DNA from: Brachybacterium sp. | GTDB taxonomy: Bacteria; Actinomycetota; Actinomycetes; Actinomycetales; Dermabacteraceae | DNA: 64,000 nt | Direction: 5' to 3' | Assembly (NCBI RefSeq): GCF_036379615.1 | Contig: NZ_DASVGJ010000060.1 | Span: 105,310-169,309 of the forward strand | Shown: positions 45,051 to 54,742 of the stretch, one piece after another | Numbering within the stretch: the first letter of the stretch is position 1 | How the letters are laid out: every line of letters starts with the position of its first letter | The notes under the pieces: model-generated | Database searches by the model: none | What the model was told of the DNA's origin: nothing | What the model saw: only the letters and a program-made list of their open reading frames with translations | Program-made: the position numbers and the translations under genes

Positions 45051-45808
45051 CCAGCACCGACACCTCCCGCGCCTCTGCCATGCGGCCCGGTGACGTACAG
45101 CGGCCGGGCCTCGCCCTCCGCACCGAGCTGCGGCTGAACGCCGGCCGGGCAGCCATCACGCTTCTCGCCTGCGCCGTTGCGCTGGTCTGGGCGGCGATCT
45201 CCACCGACCAGTTCTCGGGGGTCCTCACCCTGTGGGCGGCGGTCGCCTGGTACCGCTACGGCCGCGCCGACACCATCGAGCGCGAGGAGCTGCGCGCGAG
45301 CCTCGGACTCAGCCGCGCGGACCGGGTGCGGGCCCGGGTGGTGCTGGTCCTCGCGGAGCAGGCCACGGTGGTCACCACGGTCGCCGCGTGCGCCGTGCTC
45401 TCCGTACGTCTGGGCAGGGCGAGCACCGGGGGAGCGGCCCCGTTCTCCTTCAGCGGCGACCCGTCGGGCCCGCAGCTGTGGATCGTCCTCGCCGGGGCGC
45501 TGTTCTCGGCGATCTCTCTGCTCGGTACGGGCATCGTGGTGGGCGGCGACTGCACGACGCGCCGACCCGCCCGGAGCATGGCGGTGCTGAGCCTTCTGAC
45601 CTACTTCCTCGTCGGGCTGCTGCTGACGATCCCCCTGCTGCTCGTGACGATCGTGATGAACATCGACCCCTGGGACGGCACGCTCGGCACCCCGGTGGTC
45701 GCGGGTCTGCTCGCGGTGGCGGTCGTCGCGCTCGTGCTCGCGCTGCGCGCCAGGGCGCGCCGCTGGATCCGCGAGCTGGACTCCTCGCCGGAGGCGGTCG
45801 GCCGATGA
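45047..45808 (+). CDS. ABC-2-type permease 1
   Basis: About 6 TM; SLGLSRADRVRAR motif; coupled to ATPase. Confidence 0.7.
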   Translation: MTSTDTSRASAMRPGDVQRPGLALRTELRLNAGRAAITLLACAVALVWAAISTDQFSGVLTLWAAVAWYRYGRADTIEREELRASLGLSRADRVRARVVLVLAEQATVVTTVAACAVLSVRLGRASTGGAAPFSFSGDPSGPQLWIVLAGALFSAISLLGTGIVVGGDCTTRRPARSMAVLSLLTYFLVGLLLTIPLLLVTIVMNIDPWDGTLGTPVVAGLLAVAVVALVLALRARARRWIRELDSSPEAVGR

Positions 45809-46719
45809 CTCCCCTCGACAGCGCCCTCGAGTCCTCCCTCGACACAGCCGTCTCCGTGCGCGGGCTCGAGGTGGATCTCCCCGACCCGAAGCGCTGGACC
45901 CGGCCGCTGCGCCACGTGCTGCGGGGCATCTCCTTCGACGTGCACCGCGGGCAGGTCACCGCCCTCGTCGGCACCAACGGCGCGGGCAAGACCACCCTGC
46001 TGCGCACCCTCTCCGGAGCGCTCGCGCCGAGCTCAGGAAGGGTCGAGGTCGAGGGAGCACCGATCGGCGGCCCCGAGGACGCCCTGCCCGCCGGGATCGG
46101 CATCGTGCCGGATGCCCCCTTCCAGCCCGAGCACTGGAGCGCCGACGACCTCGTGATCGCCCAGCGCCGGGCCGAACCCGACTACGACGCGCGCCTGGTC
46201 GGTCGCCTGCTGCGACAGGGCCGCATCACACCGTCGGCGCAGCTGCGCCGCCTCTCCGCGGGGCAGCGCACCCGGTTGCTGCTCGCCGTCGCCCTCGGCA
46301 TCCGGCCCACTCTCCTGATGCTCGACGAGCCCTTCGCCCATCTGGACCCTCTTGCCCGCAGCGAGGTTCTCGATCAGCTGCGCGAGCACCTCGCCGGCGG
46401 TGAGGACCGCACGATCCTGCTGTCCACCCACGACCTCGGCGAGATCGACCGCTTCGTCGACCACGTCGTGCTCCTGCACGAGGGGAGAGTGGTGCTCGAG
46501 GGCAGTGCGCTCGACCTGCTCGAGGACCACGTGTTGGTCACCATAGAAGCCTCCGCCGCCCCGCCTGCCGCGATGCTGCAGGGCGCCCGCCGCAGCGGGG
46601 AGCTGCTCGAGGCGCTGGTCCGGGCCGAGGACGCCGTGGGGCTGGCAGGACTGATGGACCTGCGCCGCCCCACGCTCCAGGACGTCCTCACCTTCACCCT
46701 CCGGGAGGTCTCACGATGA
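45805..46719 (+). CDS. ABC exporter ATP-binding protein 2
   Basis: GTNGAGKTT, LSAGQ, LLMLDEP, STHD; ATG 45805 overlaps the previous stop. Confidence 0.9.
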   Translation: MTPLDSALESSLDTAVSVRGLEVDLPDPKRWTRPLRHVLRGISFDVHRGQVTALVGTNGAGKTTLLRTLSGALAPSSGRVEVEGAPIGGPEDALPAGIGIVPDAPFQPEHWSADDLVIAQRRAEPDYDARLVGRLLRQGRITPSAQLRRLSAGQRTRLLLAVALGIRPTLLMLDEPFAHLDPLARSEVLDQLREHLAGGEDRTILLSTHDLGEIDRFVDHVVLLHEGRVVLEGSALDLLEDHVLVTIEASAAPPAAMLQGARRSGELLEALVRAEDAVGLAGLMDLRRPTLQDVLTFTLREVSR

Positions 46720-47495
46720 CCGGACGCACCGCGAACACCGTGCCGCAGCGCCCGTCGACCCCGCAGCGCCCTTCGACCCCGCTGCGCCGCGCGCTCGGCC
46801 ATGAGCTGCGACGGCACCGGGACCTGTTCGCCGTGTACGGCACGTTCATGACGGTGACCCTGCTGTGTGCGGACCTCCTCGATCTGCGGCTCGGGTTCGT
46901 GCTGATCCTGCTCGCCGTGCGGCTCCCGGCCGATCTCGCCGATCCGGTGCTCGAGAACGGTGCACAGCTGCGCAGCGCCCTGGGGATCTCCCGCGCCGAC
47001 GCAGTGCGGGCGCGCACTGTGCTGATCAGCGCCGGACAGCTGCTGCTCGTCCTGGGCACGGCCGGGGTGATCCTGCTCAGCGACTGGGCGCCCGGCACGC
47101 AGCACTGGAGCACGATTCAGGTGGCCACCTCGCAGAACCCCGGCCCCACATCCCCCACCCTGCGGGACCACCTCGTGGACATCGGGATGTTCAGCGGGGC
47201 GATCGCCTGGACCCATGCACTCATCGGCGGGGACGCGTTCCGGCCCGGGGCGGGACTGACCGGGCGCAGGGCGGTCTCGGTCTACCTCGGAGTCTGCCTC
47301 CTCCTCGGCATCGTGCTCTCCCTGAGCGGGATGCTGGCCGCTGAACTGCAGCTGCGCAGCGGCGCCGACGACGACCCCTACGCCCACCTCCGGTTCAGCA
47401 AGGATGCCGCGCAAGCGATCGCCCTGAGCCTCGCCCTCGGCGGCGGGATCACCGCCCTGGTGCTCCGCTGCCGGCGCTGGGTGCGCCGCGCCTGA
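46716..47495 (+). CDS. ABC-2-type permease 2
   Basis: Multi-TM; ALGISRADAVRAR, paralogous to permease 1. Confidence 0.7.
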   Translation: MTGRTANTVPQRPSTPQRPSTPLRRALGHELRRHRDLFAVYGTFMTVTLLCADLLDLRLGFVLILLAVRLPADLADPVLENGAQLRSALGISRADAVRARTVLISAGQLLLVLGTAGVILLSDWAPGTQHWSTIQVATSQNPGPTSPTLRDHLVDIGMFSGAIAWTHALIGGDAFRPGAGLTGRRAVSVYLGVCLLLGIVLSLSGMLAAELQLRSGADDDPYAHLRFSKDAAQAIALSLALGGGITALVLRCRRWVRRA

Positions 47496-47575
47496 CCTGC
47501 ACCCTGTGGGACCATGGCGCGCATGAGCCCCCGCCCTGCCGGCAGCGCCGCGCACCCCCTGCCGCGGCGGGCGCG

Positions 47576-48814
47576 GTGATGAGCTCCGTCCCCCTCGCGC
47601 AGCGCGCCGGTGGCCCGGATCTCGCCCGCGGGCTCTCGCTGCTGGGCATCGCCCTGGCCAACATGGTGGGCTGGCTGCACGGGCGGGAGTGGACCGTGCT
47701 GCTGAAGCAGCGCGAGGGAACGGGCCTGGATCGCACGGTCGACGTGCTCATCGCCCTGCTGGCCGACAACCGTGGCTTCCCGCTGTTCGCGCTGCTGTTC
47801 GGCTACGGCATCGGGGTGCTGTACCGCCGGTCCCGGGAGCGCGGGGAGGACGCACGACGGTTCATCCTGCGGATGGGCCGACGCCATCTGGTGCTGCTCG
47901 GCATCGGCCTCGCCCACGCGATCCTGCTGTTCTCCGGGGACATCCTGGTCGCCTACGCCATCATCGGCATGGTCGTGGTGCTGCTGGTCCCCCGGCACCG
48001 CGTCGCGCTGCCGCTGGCCGGGGTGATCGCCCTGCCAGCGCTCGGGGTGTGGGGCTGGACGGACGGCGTCATCGCTCTGAGCGGGCAGAGCGGGTACGCC
48101 GAAGCCTCCGCCCCCAGCTATCTCGCCGGAGTCGGGATCCGCTCGGGAGGTGTCCTGCGTGAGCTCGCCCTCGCGGTCCTCTACGACGCGGCTCTGCTCG
48201 CCCCGATGGCGCTCGGTGCTCTGCTGGCGCGCATCCATCTGCTCGAACGGGTCGAGGCGCACCGTGACCTGCTGCTGCCGCTGGCCCGCTGGGGGCTGGG
48301 GATCGGCCTGCTCGGGGCGGTGCCCCTCGCCTCCGTGCTCGTGCTCGATCCCGGCCACGCCCACCTCGACAGCCCGACGCTGCTGGGCGTGCTGGGCCTG
48401 CTGCATCAGTACTCGGGCCTGGCCGGTGCGCTCGGCCTCGCCGCGGCCGCGGCCCTGCTGGCCGAGCGGGTGCGCGGCGGCGGGACCCGCCCGACGAGGG
48501 CAGCCGGCGCCGCCGTGCGCGGCATCAAGGCGCTGGGCACCGTCTCGCTGAGCGCCTACCTCGCCCAGTCGGTGCTGTACATGGCGCTGTTCCCGCCGTA
48601 CACGCTCGACCTCGGCGCACGGCTCGGCAGCGCCGGCACGGCCGTCATCGTGGTCGCGGGCTGGCTGGCCATGATCCCGCTCGCATCTCTGCTGCACCGT
48701 CGGGGCCGTCGCGGACCGCTCGAGGTGCTGCTGCGGCGCCTGGCCGGCCCCACCACCGCGGATCCGCGCCGAGCGCGCCCCTCAGTCCCCACCCCGAAGG
48801 GATCCCGATCGTGA
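47576..48814 (+). CDS. DUF418 (YeiB-like) membrane protein
   Basis: DLARGLSLLGI, FALLFGYG, SLSAYLAQS, RGPLE. Confidence 0.85.
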   Translation: MMSSVPLAQRAGGPDLARGLSLLGIALANMVGWLHGREWTVLLKQREGTGLDRTVDVLIALLADNRGFPLFALLFGYGIGVLYRRSRERGEDARRFILRMGRRHLVLLGIGLAHAILLFSGDILVAYAIIGMVVVLLVPRHRVALPLAGVIALPALGVWGWTDGVIALSGQSGYAEASAPSYLAGVGIRSGGVLRELALAVLYDAALLAPMALGALLARIHLLERVEAHRDLLLPLARWGLGIGLLGAVPLASVLVLDPGHAHLDSPTLLGVLGLLHQYSGLAGALGLAAAAALLAERVRGGGTRPTRAAGAAVRGIKALGTVSLSAYLAQSVLYMALFPPYTLDLGARLGSAGTAVIVVAGWLAMIPLASLLHRRGRRGPLEVLLRRLAGPTTADPRRARPSVPTPKGSRS

Positions 48815-49365
48815 CCGTCTTCGCCGACACCCCGCGCTGGCCCCGCCACGGACTGCTGTGGGGGCATCTGATCTCCGACACCTCGCTCGAGGAGCTGCAC
48901 GAGGTCGCCGACCGGGCGGGCCTGCCCCCGCGCTCCTTCGACCTGGACCATTACGACTGGCCCACCTCCGCGCGGGACGCCCTGGCGGCGGTGGGCGTGA
49001 GGTTCGTGGCCGACGGGGAGCTCACCCGGATCCTCATCGCCTCCGGCCTGCGGATCAGGCTCCGGGACCGCGCGGCGGCCCGTGCCCGGCGCAGCGCCGA
49101 GCATGCCGCCTCGCTCGGTGTGGAGCCGGTGCCGCGGGACCTCATCGTCGGCCTGCGCGGCCATGTCGATCCGCTGCCCGACGAGCCCGGCGCGTTCCGG
49201 CTCACGCGGGACCACCCGGAGGGTGCCCCGCGGATCGAAGCGCATGACGCGGACGGCCGCCGCGCAGCCGCAGCGCTGCTGGCCCGGCTCGAGGACCTCG
49301 CTCGCGCTCGCACCGGGTCCGGCTTCGTGGGCCAGGTGATGGACGGCCCGACGCCGGCCCCCTGA
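48811..49365 (+). CDS. DUF4031-domain protein with C-terminal extension
   Basis: WGHLISDTSLEELHEVA..G...FD.DHYD N-terminal pattern. Confidence 0.75.
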   Translation: MTVFADTPRWPRHGLLWGHLISDTSLEELHEVADRAGLPPRSFDLDHYDWPTSARDALAAVGVRFVADGELTRILIASGLRIRLRDRAAARARRSAEHAASLGVEPVPRDLIVGLRGHVDPLPDEPGAFRLTRDHPEGAPRIEAHDADGRRAAAALLARLEDLARARTGSGFVGQVMDGPTPAP

Positions 49366-49368
49366 CGC

Positions 49369-50934
49369 TCACGGCTCCCCAGGGGTGGTCTCCTCGCCCA
49401 GGGCCCGGCGCTGATCGGGCTCGACCTGCTGCTCCGGGGTGATCTCGGTGCCCTGCAGCTCGACCCAGAAGGTGGCGCCCCCGCCCGTGGTCCCGGTCAC
49501 CCCGATCTCGCCGCGGTGCTGCTGCACGATCGAGGCGGCGATCGAGAGGCCGAGCCCTGCCCCGCCGCCCTGGCTCGCCGAGCGCACCCGGGAGGAGTCG
49601 GTGCGGTAGAAGCGCTCGAACACCTTCTCGCGCTGGTCGTCGTCGATGCCCTCGCCGTGATCGCGGACCTCGATGCGCACGGTCTCTGCGGAGGTGTAGC
49701 CCACCGCGATCTCGACCGGGGAGCCCTTGGGGGTGTGTCGGCTGGCGTTGCCCACCAGGTTCAGGATCACCTGGCGCAGCGAGGCCTCATCGCCCAGCAC
49801 CCCGATCGCGAGGTGCGGCTGCACCGACAGCGGGGTCCCGGACAGCGAGGTCACCATCACCTGACGCCCCGGATCCAGGGCCCGCAGGTCCTGGGCCGCG
49901 TCGAAGAGGGCATCGGTGAAGTCCACCGGTTCGAGATCCAGCTCCGGCTTCTCGTCCAGCCGGGCCAGTCGCAGCAGGTTCTCCACCAGGGAGCCCATCC
50001 GTCGGGACTCGTCCTCGATGCGCCGCATCGCGGAGGCGACGTCCTCGTCATGGGGCAGCGCCCCCATCCGGTACAGCTCGCCGAAGCCGCGGATCGCCGC
50101 CAGCGGGGTGCGCAGCTCGTGCGAGGCGTCGCCCACGAAGCGCCGCATCCTCGCCTCGGACCGCGTGGCCCTCTCCTCCGAGGCGGACTGGGCGGCGAAG
50201 GACTGCTCGATGCGCACCAGCATCTCGTTCAGGGACAGCGCGAGCTCCTGCACCTCGAGGCTGGTCTCCGTCACCGGGACACGGCGCGAGAGATCGCCGC
50301 CGGCGATCTGGGAGGCGGTGGATTCGACATCCCGCAGCGGCTCGAGCGCCCGATGGGTGACGTATCCGCCGAGCCCCATCCCCACCAGCACCACGAGCGT
50401 GCCGACCAGCACGATGATCAGTGCCATCTCGTGCATCGTGCGGTCCACCCCGGTCAGCGGGAGGGCGACGAAGACGCTGCCGCCCTCCGGGGCGGAGTTC
50501 ACCATCGCGACCACGCGCCAGCGGTTCTCCGAGGAGTCCAGCACGGTGAAGGGCCGGCCGCCGCGCTGGAGGATCTGCTCGTCGGTGAGGTCGGGGAAGG
50601 GGAGGGTGACGTGCCCGGGCCCGTAGTGCACCACCGCGTTCTCGATCGTGCGGCCGTGTCGATCCCGGACCTCGACCGCGTACTCGACCGGGGTGTAGGT
50701 GCTGTTCTGGATCGCTGCGTCGTCCCCCGCCAGCTCATGCTGGGCCAGGCTCAGCATGTCGCCCATCCCGGACTGCAGGTTGTTGTCGACCGACTGGATC
50801 AGGGTGCGGTTCAGCAGGAACAGCGACAGGCTCCCGGTGACGACGGTGCCGAGCACCAGCAGCAGCGAGATGAGGGCGACGATCCGTGTCCACAGCGACA
50901 CGGGCCGTTCTGCTCGCAGGCTCGGCAGGGCCAA
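49369..50934 (-). CDS. HAMP sensor histidine kinase (mycobacterial PhoR-like)
   Basis: Two TM, HAMP, ASHELRTP, NLVGNA, DHGEG, FERFYR, GLGLSI. Confidence 0.95.
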   Translation of the reverse strand: MALPSLRAERPVSLWTRIVALISLLLVLGTVVTGSLSLFLLNRTLIQSVDNNLQSGMGDMLSLAQHELAGDDAAIQNSTYTPVEYAVEVRDRHGRTIENAVVHYGPGHVTLPFPDLTDEQILQRGGRPFTVLDSSENRWRVVAMVNSAPEGGSVFVALPLTGVDRTMHEMALIIVLVGTLVVLVGMGLGGYVTHRALEPLRDVESTASQIAGGDLSRRVPVTETSLEVQELALSLNEMLVRIEQSFAAQSASEERATRSEARMRRFVGDASHELRTPLAAIRGFGELYRMGALPHDEDVASAMRRIEDESRRMGSLVENLLRLARLDEKPELDLEPVDFTDALFDAAQDLRALDPGRQVMVTSLSGTPLSVQPHLAIGVLGDEASLRQVILNLVGNASRHTPKGSPVEIAVGYTSAETVRIEVRDHGEGIDDDQREKVFERFYRTDSSRVRSASQGGGAGLGLSIAASIVQQHRGEIGVTGTTGGGATFWVELQGTEITPEQQVEPDQRRALGEETTPGEP

Positions 50935-50937
50935 TCC

Positions 50938-51657
50938 TCAGGAGCCTTCGGGAGCGCGCAGCACGTAGCCGATGCCTCGCTTGGTGTGGATCATCGGGTC
51001 GCCGATCACGTCGATCTTGCGCCGCAGGTAGGAGATGTAGGACTCCACGATCCCCACCTCGCCGGACCAGTCGTAGTCCCAGACGTGATCGAGGATCTGC
51101 GTCTTGGAGACCACACGACCGGCGTTGAGCATCAGGTACCGCAGCAGCTTGAACTCGGTGGGGGACAGCTCGATGTTCACGTCCGCACGGTGGACCTCGT
51201 GCGAGTCCTCGTCCAGGCGCAGGTCCGCGACCACCAGGGCGCTGTCCACCGTGGACTCCGTCCCGCCGTGTGTGCGGCGCAGCACGGCGCGGATGCGGGC
51301 CACGACCTCCTCGAGGCTGAACGGCTTGGTGACATAGTCGTCGCCGCCGACGGTGAGGCCGGCGACCTTGTCCTGGGTCTCGTCCTTGGCGGTGAGGAAG
51401 AGGATCGGGTACTGCTCGCCCCGGTCGCGCAGGCGGCGGGTGACGGTGAAGCCGTCCATGTCCGGCAGCATCACGTCCAGCACCACCAGATCGGGCTGGT
51501 TCTCGGTGGCCTCCCGGATCGCCTCGTTGCCGGTCGAGGCGGTGAACACCTCGAAGCCGGCGAAGCGGAGCGAGGTGGCGAGCAGGTCGCGGATGTTGGG
51601 TTCGTCGTCGACGACGAGGAGTCGTGCCTCGAAGTCCTGTTCCTCATGCGAAGTCAT
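50938..51657 (-). CDS. OmpR-family response regulator, closely resembling mycobacterial PhoP
   Basis: VVDDEPN, LDVMLP, FLTAK, GGDDYVTKPFSLEEV, LSPTEF, VESYISYLRRKID. Confidence 0.95.
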   Translation of the reverse strand: MTSHEEQDFEARLLVVDDEPNIRDLLATSLRFAGFEVFTASTGNEAIREATENQPDLVVLDVMLPDMDGFTVTRRLRDRGEQYPILFLTAKDETQDKVAGLTVGGDDYVTKPFSLEEVVARIRAVLRRTHGGTESTVDSALVVADLRLDEDSHEVHRADVNIELSPTEFKLLRYLMLNAGRVVSKTQILDHVWDYDWSGEVGIVESYISYLRRKIDVIGDPMIHTKRGIGYVLRAPEGS

Positions 51658-51711
51658 GCGACCACCGTCCTCCTCGAGGTTGGGAATCTGCTGGACGTCT
51701 GCTGGACGGGT

Positions 51712-52212
51712 TCAGCGGGTGGCGCGGTGGATCCTCTCCTGCTGCTTGCGCAGCTTGCGGATCGTGAGGCTCATCTGGAGCATCCGCACCGACCCGACCA
51801 GCGCCATCACCAGAGCGCCGGCGATCGCGGCGAGCAGCATCGCCACCCCGAGCGGGAGATCGAACTGTGCGCCGAAGTACTGGAACCCGGCGGTCACGTT
51901 GTTCTGGATCACGAAGATGAGCAGCAGCACGAGGATGATCGCGCCGAGGATCAGGCCGATCCACATGCCGGCCGTCTTGCCGCCGCTCGAGGTGTCCGGG
52001 ACGTCCGCGGCGGGGTCGTCCTTCCGGGGCCGGTCCGTCCCGCGCCGGTCCGTCATGTGCCCGTCGGGATCGCGCCGGTCGGCGTCGGTCCGGCCGACCT
52101 CGCCGGGAGCCGTCGTGCTGCGGCGGTCGGTCGCCGGGGTCTCGAGGCGCTCGCCCGCGCGCTTCGCGTCGTCGCCTGCGGTGGGACGGGTGGGATCGTC
52201 GGATGAGCTCAT
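51712..52212 (-). CDS. LapA/DUF1049-like small membrane protein
   Basis: Charged N-terminus; LLLIFVIQN...LPLGVAMLLAAIAG; C-terminal coiled segment. Confidence 0.75.
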   Translation of the reverse strand: MSSSDDPTRPTAGDDAKRAGERLETPATDRRSTTAPGEVGRTDADRRDPDGHMTDRRGTDRPRKDDPAADVPDTSSGGKTAGMWIGLILGAIILVLLLIFVIQNNVTAGFQYFGAQFDLPLGVAMLLAAIAGALVMALVGSVRMLQMSLTIRKLRKQQERIHRATR

Positions 52213-52305
52213 GTCGATCTCCTGAGGGGATGGCCGACGGTGCGGCGGGGAGGGGTGTGCAGCGCCCACTCTAGCCAGGGCGGTGCGGCTCGGCGCGGAC
52301 CGGCC

Positions 52306-53970
52306 TCAGCGCTCGTCGGCCGGACGCTCCTGCTGCGTGAGCTCCTCGGCGTCCACGATCGTGTACGCATACCCCTGCTCGGCGAGGAAGCGCTGGCGAT
52401 GCGCCGCGTAGTCCTGGTCCTGGGTGTCCCGCATGACCACGGTGTAGAAGTGGGCGCTGCGGCCGTCGGTCTTCGGCCGCAGCAGCCGACCCAGACGCTG
52501 CGCCTCCTCCTGGCGGGAGCCGAACGCGCCGCTCACCTGCACCGCGACCGAGGCCTCCGGCAGATCGATGGAGAAGTTCGCGACCTTGGAGACGACCAGC
52601 CGGTCGATGGTGCCGGCGCGGAAGGCGTCGAACAGCTCCTGGCGGCGCCTGACCGGCGTCTGGCCGGTGATGAGATCCGCGCCGAGCCGCTCCGCGATCT
52701 CCTCGAGCTGATCGATGTACTGGCCGATCACGAGCATCGGCTCGCCCTGATGGCGCTGCGTGATCTTCTGGACCACGTCGATCTTGGCGGGATGGGCGGC
52801 GCCCAGGCGGGGCCGGTCCGAGGCCTCCGCCATCGCATAGGCCATGCGGTCCGAGGCCGGCATGGTCGCGCGCACCTCCGTGCAGACGGCGGGCGCGATG
52901 TAGCCCTGGGCCTCGATGTCCTTCCACGGGGCGTCGTAGCGCTTGGGGCCGATCAGGGAGAACACCTCGCCCTCGCGGCCGTCCTCGCGCACCAGGGTGG
53001 CCGTCAGCCCCAGCCGGCGCCTGGCCTGCAGGTCCGCGGTCATGCGGAACACCGGGGCGGGCAGCAGGTGCACCTCGTCGTAGACGATCAGGCCCCAGTC
53101 CCGGGCGCTCATCAGCTCCAGGTGGGGATGGACCCCGCCGCGCTTCATGGTGAGCACCTGGTAGGTCGCGATCGTCACCGGGCGCACCTCCTTGGAGGCG
53201 CCGGAGTACTCGCCGATCTCCTCCTCGGTGAGCGTGGTGCGGGCCAGCAGCTCGGTCTTCCACTGCCGCGCCGAGACCGTCGAGGTCACCAGGATCAGCG
53301 TGGTGCGCTGCATCGCGGCCATCGCCCCGGCGCCGACGAGGGTCTTGCCCGCGCCGCAGGGCAGCACCACCACTCCGCTGCCGCCGTGGCGGAAGCCGTC
53401 GACCGCCTCCTGCTGGTAGGGCCGCAGGGACCAGCCGTCCTCGGCGAGCGTGATCGGGTGCGCCTCGCCGTCGACGTAGCCGGCGTGGTCCTCGGCGGGC
53501 CAGCCGAGCTTCAGCAGCGCCTGCTTGAGGGCGCCGCGCTCGGAGGGGTGGACGGCGACCGTCGACTCGTCGATCCGGGCGCCGAGCATGCCCTGGATCC
53601 GCTTGGCCCGGGAGACCTCCTCGAGCACCGGCCGGTCCAGGGCGTGCAGCACCAGGCCGTGGGTGGGGTCCGAGCGCAGCTGCAAGCGGCCATAGCGGTC
53701 CATGGTGTCCGCGACGTCGATCAGCAGGGAGTGGGGGACCGGATAGCGGGAGTGGTCCACCAGCGCGGCGACCACGCTCTCGGCGTCGTAGCCGGCGGCC
53801 CGGGCGTTCCACAGGCCCAGATCGGTGATGCGGTAGGTGTGCACGTGCTCCGGGGCGCGCTCGAGCTCCGCGAAGGCGGCGATCGCGATCCGCGCGGTCT
53901 GCGCGGCCGGGTGGTCGACCTCGAGCAGGAGGGACTTGTCGCTCTGGACGATGAGAGGGCCGTCGGTCAT
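52306..53970 (-). CDS. XPB/Rad25 (ERCC3-like) DNA repair helicase
   Basis: LRPYQ, LPCGAGKT, YDEVH, LGLTAT, QRLGRLLR. Confidence 0.95.
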   Translation of the reverse strand: MTDGPLIVQSDKSLLLEVDHPAAQTARIAIAAFAELERAPEHVHTYRITDLGLWNARAAGYDAESVVAALVDHSRYPVPHSLLIDVADTMDRYGRLQLRSDPTHGLVLHALDRPVLEEVSRAKRIQGMLGARIDESTVAVHPSERGALKQALLKLGWPAEDHAGYVDGEAHPITLAEDGWSLRPYQQEAVDGFRHGGSGVVVLPCGAGKTLVGAGAMAAMQRTTLILVTSTVSARQWKTELLARTTLTEEEIGEYSGASKEVRPVTIATYQVLTMKRGGVHPHLELMSARDWGLIVYDEVHLLPAPVFRMTADLQARRRLGLTATLVREDGREGEVFSLIGPKRYDAPWKDIEAQGYIAPAVCTEVRATMPASDRMAYAMAEASDRPRLGAAHPAKIDVVQKITQRHQGEPMLVIGQYIDQLEEIAERLGADLITGQTPVRRRQELFDAFRAGTIDRLVVSKVANFSIDLPEASVAVQVSGAFGSRQEEAQRLGRLLRPKTDGRSAHFYTVVMRDTQDQDYAAHRQRFLAEQGYAYTIVDAEELTQQERPADER

Positions 53971-53991
53971 CCCCTCAGGCTACGTCCCCGC

Positions 53992-54693
53992 TCAGGCCTC
54001 GGCGGGCTCGACGAGCGCGTTCCCCGTCACCCGCTGGTGCACGCCGAGCACCAGCAGCTGCACGATCGGGATCACGGCGACAGCGAGGATCGGGAGGATC
54101 AGGGTCAGACAGATCGCGACGGCGAGCAGCGTGGTGACGATGACCGTCCCGATGTTCTTCCCCACGAGACGCGCGCTGGCGGAGATCGCCTCACCGAAGC
54201 CTGCGTTGCGGGCGGCCTCGACGGTGGCGAAGTAGAGCAGGAAGGAGACGGCGATCGCCGGGAGATGGAACACGAAGCTCACGCCCTGTCCGAGCTGGTT
54301 CAGGACGCTGCTGAGGAGCGCGACCACGAACGCCATGGCGATGGTGGTCCCGTTGCCGAGGAAGCCCTCCTTGATCGTCGGCCGACGGCCGGCGAGGACT
54401 GCGGTGCCGGCACGGAGGATGCCCGAGGCCCACAGGGCGCCGACGAGCGCCATGAGGACCGAGATGATCAGGCCGCCGACGGTGACCGCCGGCGCCTCGG
54501 CGCCGTATGCCGGGGCTCCGCCGGTGCGGTAGGAGGTCATCGCGACCATGACGCTGATGGACACGAAGACGATGATCCCTGCGATCATCACCGCGCCGTA
54601 GACCAGCGCCGGCACCAGGAAGGCGCCGAGGTTGCGGGTGAGGGCGCTCCAGGCCCAGCGGATGGCGGCGGCCACCGGGCCGCCGGCGATCAT
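53992..54693 (-). CDS. Integral membrane protein (paralogue of the next gene)
   Basis: AAIRWAWSALTRN...SARLVGKN; multi-TM. Confidence 0.7.
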   Translation of the reverse strand: MIAGGPVAAAIRWAWSALTRNLGAFLVPALVYGAVMIAGIIVFVSISVMVAMTSYRTGGAPAYGAEAPAVTVGGLIISVLMALVGALWASGILRAGTAVLAGRRPTIKEGFLGNGTTIAMAFVVALLSSVLNQLGQGVSFVFHLPAIAVSFLLYFATVEAARNAGFGEAISASARLVGKNIGTVIVTTLLAVAICLTLILPILAVAVIPIVQLLVLGVHQRVTGNALVEPAEA

Positions 54694-54742
54694 CGGGGCG
54701 TTCGGGGAGGAGGACGGGCCGCCCTCGCGGGGCGCAGCGAGC

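Noticed and set aside
49516-52206. 896-aa antisense ORF over the two-component genes (likewise 52240..54780, 55549..57774, 57787..60165)
   Set aside because: Mirror frames of well-supported genes on the other strand
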